Source: Ruminococcus sp. (GTDB taxonomy: Bacteria; Bacillota; Clostridia; Oscillospirales; Ruminococcaceae). From it: a stretch of 64,000 nucleotides of DNA. The DNA is taken from the NCBI GenBank assembly GCA_015066815.1, contig SVNR01000001.1:7215-71214 (forward strand), in the 5' to 3' direction. Shown piece by piece: positions 27,983-35,357 of the stretch. Below the pieces are notes generated by a model. It made no database searches, had not been told where the DNA came from, and worked only from the letters and a program-made list of their open reading frames with translations. A program made the translations under genes and the position numbers. Each line of letters begins with the position of its first letter. The stretch's first letter is position 1.

Positions 27983-28597
27983 ATGAAACAGATTGAGATA
28001 TCACGAGCGACTATGGGTCGTATACCGATCTATCTTAAATATCTTAAAGATACAGATCTTTGTACCGAAAATATTTCAGCTACAGCCCTTGCAAAAGGGC
28101 TCGGGCTGGGAGAAGTCCAGGTTCGTAAGGATCTGGGTGCTGTCAGCGGTGCCGGCAGACCAAAAACGGGCTACAATGTTTCGGAGCTGATAAACGTTCT
28201 CGAAAACTTTCTTGGACGAAACGAAAACAGCAGTGTTGTTATAGTAGGTGCCGGAAAGCTCGGGAGAGCGTTGCTTGACTACAGCGGGTTTCAGGAATAC
28301 GGTCTTGATATAATGGCTGCTTTTGATGCAGCAGTATCAGAACCCGAAAAGAGCAACTTAGGCAAGCCTATATATTCTATGGATGCTCTCGACAGCTTCT
28401 GCAAGGAGAACAACATACGGATAGGCGTTATCGCTGTACCGGCTCACAGTGCGCAGGAAATATGCGACCGTTTTATAAGAAACGGTATCCGTGCAATATG
28501 GTGCTTTGCTCCGTGCGTACTTTCCGTACCGCCCGAAATTCCCGTACAATATGAAAACATGGCACTTTCTCTCGCATATCTTAATAAAAAAATATAA
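27983..28597 (+). CDS. rex: Redox-sensing repressor Rex
   Basis: RIPIY, VQVRKDL, GYNV, VGAGKLGRAL, IWCFAP. Confidence 0.92.
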   Translation: MKQIEISRATMGRIPIYLKYLKDTDLCTENISATALAKGLGLGEVQVRKDLGAVSGAGRPKTGYNVSELINVLENFLGRNENSSVVIVGAGKLGRALLDYSGFQEYGLDIMAAFDAAVSEPEKSNLGKPIYSMDALDSFCKENNIRIGVIAVPAHSAQEICDRFIRNGIRAIWCFAPCVLSVPPEIPVQYENMALSLAYLNKKI

Positions 28598-28604
28598 ATT
28601 TTTT

Positions 28605-28638
28605 CACCCCCTGTTTCCCGAAAAGGTAACAGGGGGTG
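28605..28638. terminator. Bidirectional terminator between rex and pnuC
   Basis: caccccctgtt/aacagggggtg with T-runs. Confidence 0.75.
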
Positions 28639-28644
28639 TTTTTT

Positions 28645-29343
28645 CTATGCTTTTACTCTTACGTTTTTATCTCTGTGTATTTCTGTCTCCCACTTTACGC
28701 ACATGACAACTGCGTTTATCAGATAGACCATCCACATAAGAAGTGTAGCTGCAGAGCCGTCAGGAAGCGTTGATATCCACATCATCACTGTAAGGAGATC
28801 CACGACAAACCACAGCCACCACTGCTCTGAAAACATTTTTATGCTTATTATCAGCGCAACAACAGATGATACTGTTGTAAAGGCGTCAACAAACGGAAGT
28901 GTTCCGCCTATTTTTCTGAGAAAAGCCCCGTACATAACAGTTCCAAGCAGTATGGCAAGGATACATAAAACTCTCAGCTTGTTTGTCATGTGCCTCTTTG
29001 TGACCTCGTTTGTCTCCTGATTCATGTTTTTTCTCCACACACAGAAACCGTAGAACTGCATGGGAACATAGTAGATAACGTTCAGCATAGTTTCCCCATA
29101 GAGCTTTGCCTTATATGAAATATATGCATACAGCACACAGTTTATCAGACCGAATATATATGCCGAAAGCTTCCCCTTGCCTGTACAGACAACACATGCA
29201 ACACCTGTTATTGCCGATACTATCCCCATCATGTTATCCTTCCAGTAAACACTTAGTCCGCCGATAATGACGCAGCATACTATAAACCAGATTATTTCCC
29301 AGCTTTTCCATCCGGACAGTTCTCTTTTTATAAAATTTTTCAT
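28645..29343 (-). CDS. pnuC: PnuC-family vitamin/nicotinamide riboside transporter
   Basis: GKLSAYIFG, YYVPMQFYGF..W, DAFTT, EQWWLW.VVD. Confidence 0.85.
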   Translation of the reverse strand: MKNFIKRELSGWKSWEIIWFIVCCVIIGGLSVYWKDNMMGIVSAITGVACVVCTGKGKLSAYIFGLINCVLYAYISYKAKLYGETMLNVIYYVPMQFYGFCVWRKNMNQETNEVTKRHMTNKLRVLCILAILLGTVMYGAFLRKIGGTLPFVDAFTTVSSVVALIISIKMFSEQWWLWFVVDLLTVMMWISTLPDGSAATLLMWMVYLINAVVMCVKWETEIHRDKNVRVKA

Positions 29344-29381
29344 CTTATATATTTTTCTCCATTCTTATATGATTTTTTTTA

Positions 29382-29410
29382 TTGATTTTTACGTAGTTTT
29401 ATAATATAAT
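29382..29410 (+). promoter_or_regulatory. sigmaA promoter
   Basis: TTGATT-17-TATAAT. Confidence 0.6.
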
Positions 29411-29504
29411 GATTATATCAAAGTGAAAAGAGGGTTTAGTTTGTTAAAAAAGCCTTCTTTAAACATCAGCTTCATACAGCTAAGATTATGATTGGAGGGG
29501 AACT

Positions 29505-31925
29505 ATGAAAAACAACTTTTTCAAAAAAGCTTTTATGATGACAGCTGCCTTTGCACTGTTATCACACACAGCACCTGGTTTACCGGCAAACGCCGAAGAA
29601 CAGCTTAAGGACAGCGGTATCACGTATACCGAAACGATCGAAACCATAAACAACCCGGGAATCGGGTACACACAGACAGTATGGTCATACTGCAGACCCG
29701 GCGAAACTCCCGTACACAATCCTACCGGCAGTATCGTATTGTTTTTTATCGATATCGGCCAGTTTTCAAGCGGAATAAACGAATCCGGAACCGACTACGA
29801 TCTCGACGAAGCGTTTTTCACAGCATGGCGCCAAACCTTTGAAAACTGCCGTAAAAACGGCTGTATGGCAGCACTTCGTTTCAGATATGACGGAAACGGA
29901 GCTGACAACCCGGAGCCTGCAACATTTGATAAGGTTCTGGAGCATATAAGTCAGATAAAAGAAAGCGGTATACTTGAAGAATACAAGGATATCCTCGCCT
30001 TTGTCGAAAGCGGCTTCGTCGGAAAGTGGGGCGAACAGCACGGAGGAAAATACGTATCCACAGAGTATAAGGCAAAGCTCCTTGACGCAATGCTTGACTG
30101 CGTTCCGTCACCTGTTCCTGTAACGGTAAGAACACCTGATACCTTTGCAAAGTGGGCAGGCATAGAGCGAAAAGACCTTGCTTCATATCACAGCGAACCC
30201 GGCAGTCAGGCTGCACGTGTCGGTCTCTATGATGATGGCTATATGGGAAGCAACTCGGACCTCGGAACCTATGCAAACCGTGAAACAGAAACACAGTGGC
30301 TGGGGAACCAGACTATATACTCTTACTTCGGCGGTGAGTTTTCAGGAAACATAGAATTTGCAAAGCAGTTTGACACATATCTTCCGGAAAACGCTGTCCC
30401 CGAAATGTACAACACACATCTGAGCTACATAAACGGCAATATTTTTCAGCTTTACAAGGATCATACGTTCAACGAAAAAAACGATATAAAGGATGTAAGA
30501 TATCAGACTTTTCCTGAAAACACAAAGCTTGAAAAAACATATGATCACTCTGCATACTACGGACAGAACGTATTCCGTTTTATCCGCGATCACTTAGGTT
30601 ACCGTTATGTACTGAGATTATCGGAGCTTTCAGAAAGCGTCAGTCAGGGTGAAGAGCTGACACTTCACTTCAAAGTCGAAAATACCGGCTTTGCAAATGC
30701 AGTTTCACCTCAGAAGGCAGAACTTATCATCGAACAAAACGGACAATACATGAAAACCCCTGTAGATATAACGCCTGTCAACTGGCGTTCATGCACAGTT
30801 GCTGATGAAACAGTTACAGCCAAGCTTCCCGACAGTCTGCCGGAAGGAAACTGGAACGCATATCTGAAAATATCTCAGGGTGAAAACAAAATCAACCAGA
30901 TGCATATGCGTTCTGTACGCTTTGCAAACAAAGACATATGGCACTCATCACTCGGTGCAAACTATCTCGGAACATTTACCGTCACAGAGTCTGCTTCAAA
31001 AGGAACAGAGAACTCTCTTGTCTCAGGAGAAAACTCATCTGACAAAATGTACAGAACCGGCGGACAGATAAGTGTTGACGGAATAAGCACCCCTGACGAA
31101 TGGTCCGAAGAAAAAATGATATCCGAAAACGGAGAAAACAAGCTGTATATGACAGCTGACGAAAAATACATATACGTTATGGCAAAGCTTCCTGCCAAAG
31201 TGGATGCAGCAGTTTACAATCTCCAGATCACAAACGATGAAACAGGAAAGTTCTACTGGATGTACTATACCTCCGGCGGCTTTGTGTATTTTAACAACGG
31301 CTCCTATGACGGATGCATATGCAAGTGGAGCGGAGATACCGTAGAATACCGCGTTCCGTTTGAAGTCATGGGACTGGCACCAGGCACAAAGCTCAGAAGC
31401 GTGCGTGTTTCCCTTCAGGACAGCGCAAACGGCTGGGTGTGTCCTGCCGAAATAAAATCCGGACAGTACACCGTTCCGTCCGACTTCTGCGTATACACAG
31501 GAGAAAAAAGCATACGACTCAGTTCTTCGGAAACTCATACTCTGTCAGTTGAAACCACAATCGACTCACCCGAATACAAATGGTTTTTTAACGATGAACA
31601 GATACAAGGCGCTGATGCTTCCGAATACACTATAACCGCCTCTCCGGATTGTATCGGAAAATATTCTGTTCTCATCACTTCTGAAAACAATATCTCAAAA
31701 ACTGTTCCGGTATGCAGTGTTCTTGAAGTACTGGGAAATATAAAAGGCGATATAAACTCTGACGGTCTACTTGACATGAGGGATATACTGATACTCCAGA
31801 AGCACCTCCTCTACGGAAAACAACCGTCACAGCTTCATAACGCAGATATGAACGATGACGGACTTGTCAATATTATAGACCTGTGTATGTTAAAATACCA
31901 ATACATAATATCACTTTTCGCTTAA
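29505..31925 (+). CDS. Secreted DUF4874/DUF4832-like protein with C-terminal dockerin
   Basis: Signal peptide; NNPGIGY, LRFRYD, GFVGKWGEQH, LYDDGYM, GGEF, LGYRYVL; GDINSDG/ADMNDDG dockerin. Confidence 0.75.
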   Translation: MKNNFFKKAFMMTAAFALLSHTAPGLPANAEEQLKDSGITYTETIETINNPGIGYTQTVWSYCRPGETPVHNPTGSIVLFFIDIGQFSSGINESGTDYDLDEAFFTAWRQTFENCRKNGCMAALRFRYDGNGADNPEPATFDKVLEHISQIKESGILEEYKDILAFVESGFVGKWGEQHGGKYVSTEYKAKLLDAMLDCVPSPVPVTVRTPDTFAKWAGIERKDLASYHSEPGSQAARVGLYDDGYMGSNSDLGTYANRETETQWLGNQTIYSYFGGEFSGNIEFAKQFDTYLPENAVPEMYNTHLSYINGNIFQLYKDHTFNEKNDIKDVRYQTFPENTKLEKTYDHSAYYGQNVFRFIRDHLGYRYVLRLSELSESVSQGEELTLHFKVENTGFANAVSPQKAELIIEQNGQYMKTPVDITPVNWRSCTVADETVTAKLPDSLPEGNWNAYLKISQGENKINQMHMRSVRFANKDIWHSSLGANYLGTFTVTESASKGTENSLVSGENSSDKMYRTGGQISVDGISTPDEWSEEKMISENGENKLYMTADEKYIYVMAKLPAKVDAAVYNLQITNDETGKFYWMYYTSGGFVYFNNGSYDGCICKWSGDTVEYRVPFEVMGLAPGTKLRSVRVSLQDSANGWVCPAEIKSGQYTVPSDFCVYTGEKSIRLSSSETHTLSVETTIDSPEYKWFFNDEQIQGADASEYTITASPDCIGKYSVLITSENNISKTVPVCSVLEVLGNIKGDINSDGLLDMRDILILQKHLLYGKQPSQLHNADMNDDGLVNIIDLCMLKYQYIISLFA

Positions 31926-31949
31926 GAGCCGATACAGAAAACAGATTAT

Positions 31950-31986
31950 TATAGTGAACGTCAAAATTAATTTGACGTTCACTATA
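31950..31986. repeat. REP-like palindrome copy 4
   Basis: tatagtgaacgtcaaa-attaa-tttgacgttcactata. Confidence 0.85.
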
Positions 31987-31994
31987 TTTTTTAA

Positions 31995-32037
31995 AATCAG
32001 AAACCGCATAAGTCAGAGTCTTATGCGGTTTCTGATT
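31995..32037. terminator. Hairpin between convergent genes
   Basis: 18-bp stem aatcagaaaccgcataag/cttatgcggtttctgatt. Confidence 0.65.
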
Positions 32038-33142
32038 ATATTGTCTGAAGCTTTGCTATATTGGTAGAAACACAGTTCCTTCCGGATTCCTTGCCATCAT
32101 AAAGTAAGGTGTCTGCTTCTTTCAGAAGATCGTTTAACTGTATACCGCTGTGGTAAAACGCCAGTCCTATTGTGACAGTTATTCTGATTTTCTGATCCTC
32201 ATATGTAACTCCTGAGTCTTCCACTGTGCTGCGGAGTGCTTCGAACTCGTCTATGACAGACTCACGTGTTCCTTCGTATTTGTAAAGTACAAAAAACTCC
32301 TCACCGCCCCAACGGCATATAAAAAACTTTCCGTCTCCGGAGTCCTTATTTTTCAGAATATCCGCAAGCCTTTTCAGAACCTCATCGCCTGCATCATGAC
32401 CGTATGTATCGTTTATTTTTTTGAAAAAATCAGCGTCAAGCATGGCAACAGCTATTTTTTCGTTTTTTTCCGAATCTACCGCTAAGCTGAGAAGCTGCAT
32501 CATTTTCCGGCGGTTATAAAGTCCTGTCAGCGGGTCTCTTTCGGCCATCTGGCGCAGCTCTCTCTCAAGCTTGTTTACTGTGTGCGAGTATATCGAAAGA
32601 TACATTATAAGGAACGAAAAACCTATCAGCGTATTCATAACATACATGAAGTTTACAATAAGCTTGTTTTCTATTTTATAAATATACGGATGATAGTGCG
32701 TCCACACTCTCAGTATAATATACAGAAAAGCATTGAACATTCCCATAACAACAGGCTTTTTACTTATGGTCTTAACACCGTTCATATAAAAATCACTGAA
32801 AAACAGCGAGGCTATAAACGATATACAGTAATGCTGAAAACCGAACTCCCACCCCAGAAACATTACTGAGATGATCATAAAAAGATATATTTCTGCAAAA
32901 ACAAGATATACATACGTCCATGCCATCTCTCGCCTGAGAAGCTCAAAAGAAATAAGATATACTGCAACACTTCCGCAGTTGAACCAGAACAGCACATCAG
33001 CGTTATTGAAGTAAAAGAGAAACGCAAAATTAACATGACATACCAGCAATATAATGTTGACTATCCAGGTCCCTTTTATAACAAAGTCATTTGCCTTTTC
33101 AGGCATTCTCTGTCCGACTATCTTTATAACCTCCCCTCTCAC
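32036..33142 (-). CDS. Membrane-anchored diguanylate cyclase (GGEEF)
   Basis: RDPLTGLYNRR, DADFFKKINDTYGHDAGD, RWGGEEF; start codon uncertain. Confidence 0.92.
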   Translation of the reverse strand: MRGEVIKIVGQRMPEKANDFVIKGTWIVNIILLVCHVNFAFLFYFNNADVLFWFNCGSVAVYLISFELLRREMAWTYVYLVFAEIYLFMIISVMFLGWEFGFQHYCISFIASLFFSDFYMNGVKTISKKPVVMGMFNAFLYIILRVWTHYHPYIYKIENKLIVNFMYVMNTLIGFSFLIMYLSIYSHTVNKLERELRQMAERDPLTGLYNRRKMMQLLSLAVDSEKNEKIAVAMLDADFFKKINDTYGHDAGDEVLKRLADILKNKDSGDGKFFICRWGGEEFFVLYKYEGTRESVIDEFEALRSTVEDSGVTYEDQKIRITVTIGLAFYHSGIQLNDLLKEADTLLYDGKESGRNCVSTNIAKLQTI

Positions 33143-33170
33143 TATATTTGTTTTTGAAGCTGTTTATACT

Positions 33171-33199
33171 ATTATACCAGAACATAGTTCATTCGTCAA
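33171..33199 (-). promoter_or_regulatory. sigmaA promoter of the GGDEF gene
   Basis: TTGACG-17-TATAAT with TG extension. Confidence 0.7.
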
Positions 33200-33216
33200 C
33201 GATTTACAGAATACAA

Positions 33217-33254
33217 CACCGCAGATATGTGGATAAAAGTACATATCTGCGGTG
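33217..33254. terminator. Hairpin downstream of the cohesin/CAP gene
   Basis: caccgcagatatgt/acatatctgcggtg. Confidence 0.6.
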
Positions 33255-33310
33255 GATTTTTTTAAGTATTCAGTTTCTGATCATGTATTGAAAACATATC
33301 TTGGAAAAGA

Positions 33311-35143
33311 CTATTTTTTCTGATCTATTCGCGCAACATATACTACCCAATAATGACCGTACTGTGTATTCGGATCGTATGCATGTCCTATAGCTACACT
33401 ATTATAATTCGGGTTATCAAAGCTTTCAAACTTTGTATTTCTGACAGCTCTCATGAGGGCCGCAGGAGATGTGGACTGAGCTGTCAATACATAGCTATAT
33501 GCCGAAACATTAGCTCCGGTTTCTCTGAATATATCGTAGTCCGAACCGCCGTTTGGTCTGTTTATATCAAAAAGCTCTGTAAGCTCCTTGGCTCTTATAT
33601 CAGCTGCAACACAAAGATTATTATCCATAACAAGAGTAGATAAACCTGCTTCTTCGCGATCCTTGTTTACAAGATCTGCTAAAGCTATTTCTAATTCTTC
33701 TATTTCAGCAAGAACTGTCGTTATTGTTGTAGTAGTTACCACAGGCTTCATTGTTGTAGTCACTGTAGTTGTTGACGTCGGTTCTGGTGTTGTCGTTGTT
33801 ACGGTTGTAGTTGTCGGCTCCGGAGTTACGGTAGTTGTTACAGTTGTCACTGGCTCTGGAGTAGTAGTAGTTATCACCGTTGTCGGCTCAGGGATTGTCG
33901 TTGTTATTATTGTTGTAGTTACCGGCTCCGGACTAACAGTTGTTATCACCATTGTTGTTTCCGATGTTACTGTTGTAACATCCGAGCCATCAAACGAATA
34001 CATATACGCTCCGGACTGCGTCAGGCACTCTTCCTCTGTGAGCTCACGCTGTGTCCAGTTCTTATCTGTTGTTTTTGCCTTTATATTATAAAGTCCGAAC
34101 TCATATGTACCGGAGCTTATGCCACTTAACACGTCAAACTCAAGATATGCTATCAGACCATCACCGGCGTTTATATTCTGTATGTTATTCGACATGTATA
34201 CAGCCATATCACGGTTTCCGGTAATATATCCATAGCCTTCAAAATCCCCCCGGCGAACATTGACAAGAGAGAAAGCCGATGAATCATATTTTATATTCAT
34301 AGTTACGCCTGATATACCGATCGTGTTTTTATTCATATATACAGGAACAACAAGACGTTTTTTGTCAGCACTCAGCTCTGCTCTGTCCATAGCAAACGAG
34401 AGAAGGTCGTATCTGTTGTCAATAGTAGTTATCTCCTCTGTTGTCACCACAGCAGGCTCTGTTGTGGTTGTGACTGTTGTAACCACGGGAACACGCTCAT
34501 AAAGAAGTGTATATACATCTGACTTATCCGGGCATTCTTCAGCTGTAAGCTCTCTTGGCTTATTATCAGTGCCCAGAGCCGAAGCCTGAATACCGCTCAG
34601 AACGAACTCATAGTTATCATGCGGAACATTATCAGCCGCTGAGAACTCAAGATACAAAAGCTCTCCCTTACCCGAAATATTTTCTCCTCCGCCTGTAAGG
34701 AACTGAACTATACCTTCATCCTCTGAAAAAGCCACAGATCCGCCCATACCTGCGGAATATGCATCAACAAGACTAAAATACCTGCTGTCATATCCGACAC
34801 TGAACTGAACTGAGGATATACCTATTGATTCCATATCTATGCGAACAGGTACAACTATAGTTGACTTGTCAGTTGTGACACGGGCTTTGCTTATCTTCAG
34901 CTTTACAGTTCCCTGAACCTCAGCTCCTTCGAGAATAACCTTTTTTGCCCTGCAAAAATCAAACACGTTTACAACATCGTCATCGTTTGTGTTATAATCA
35001 GATATATTATCCTTTTCCTGACACAGCAATCTTGCTTTCATCCCATTGATATCCACAGGCTTCTCGGCGCCTGCCGGCAGTACTGCCGATGATGACAGCA
35101 TTGCTGTTGATACACATACAGATATAATTTTCTTAAAATTCAT
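33311..35143 (-). CDS. Signal peptide - partial dockerin - two cohesin-like domains - Thr/Pro linker - degenerate CAP domain
   Basis: DYNTNDDDVVNVFDFCRAKK; IVVPVRI..GISSVQFSVGYD and LVVPVYM..GISGVTMNIKYD; TTPEP repeats; LVNKDREEAGLSTLVMDNNL...YWV. Confidence 0.75.
   Translation of the reverse strand: MNFKKIISVCVSTAMLSSSAVLPAGAEKPVDINGMKARLLCQEKDNISDYNTNDDDVVNVFDFCRAKKVILEGAEVQGTVKLKISKARVTTDKSTIVVPVRIDMESIGISSVQFSVGYDSRYFSLVDAYSAGMGGSVAFSEDEGIVQFLTGGGENISGKGELLYLEFSAADNVPHDNYEFVLSGIQASALGTDNKPRELTAEECPDKSDVYTLLYERVPVVTTVTTTTEPAVVTTEEITTIDNRYDLLSFAMDRAELSADKKRLVVPVYMNKNTIGISGVTMNIKYDSSAFSLVNVRRGDFEGYGYITGNRDMAVYMSNNIQNINAGDGLIAYLEFDVLSGISSGTYEFGLYNIKAKTTDKNWTQRELTEEECLTQSGAYMYSFDGSDVTTVTSETTMVITTVSPEPVTTTIITTTIPEPTTVITTTTPEPVTTVTTTVTPEPTTTTVTTTTPEPTSTTTVTTTMKPVVTTTTITTVLAEIEELEIALADLVNKDREEAGLSTLVMDNNLCVAADIRAKELTELFDINRPNGGSDYDIFRETGANVSAYSYVLTAQSTSPAALMRAVRNTKFESFDNPNYNSVAIGHAYDPNTQYGHYWVVYVARIDQKK
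33715..33975 (-). repeat. Imperfect tandem repeats encoding a Thr-rich linker (about five PEP-TT units)
   Basis: VSPEPVTT, IPEPTT, TPEPVTT, TPEPTT, TPEPTST. Confidence 0.75.
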
Positions 35144-35166
35144 ATCAAACCCCTCCTATGTATTAA

Positions 35167-35195
35167 ATTATACAAGTTTTGCACTCAAAAGTCAA
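35167..35195 (-). promoter_or_regulatory. sigmaA promoter of the cohesin/CAP gene
   Basis: TTGACT-17-TATAAT. Confidence 0.7.
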
Positions 35196-35278
35196 TCCAA
35201 TATATACACAAAAACAAATCAGTACAATTTTTTTCAATACACATAAATACAAAGTTTATGTTATACTGTTTTTTACAA

Positions 35279-35307
35279 TTGACACATACACACCCATGTA
35301 GTATAAT
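35279..35307 (+). promoter_or_regulatory. Consensus sigmaA promoter of yfhO-wecE
   Basis: TTGACA-17-TATAAT. Confidence 0.8.
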
Positions 35308-35357
35308 TTAACTATTATAGTATGTATTATATGTATTTTTTATGCAAGGAGCTTGTC

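Noticed and set aside
1902-31986. Palindromic repeats as a CRISPR array
   Set aside because: Copies are kilobases apart, with no repeat-spacer periodicity and no cas genes
33588-34091. Val-rich 167-aa ORF
   Set aside because: Antisense reading of the Thr-rich linker
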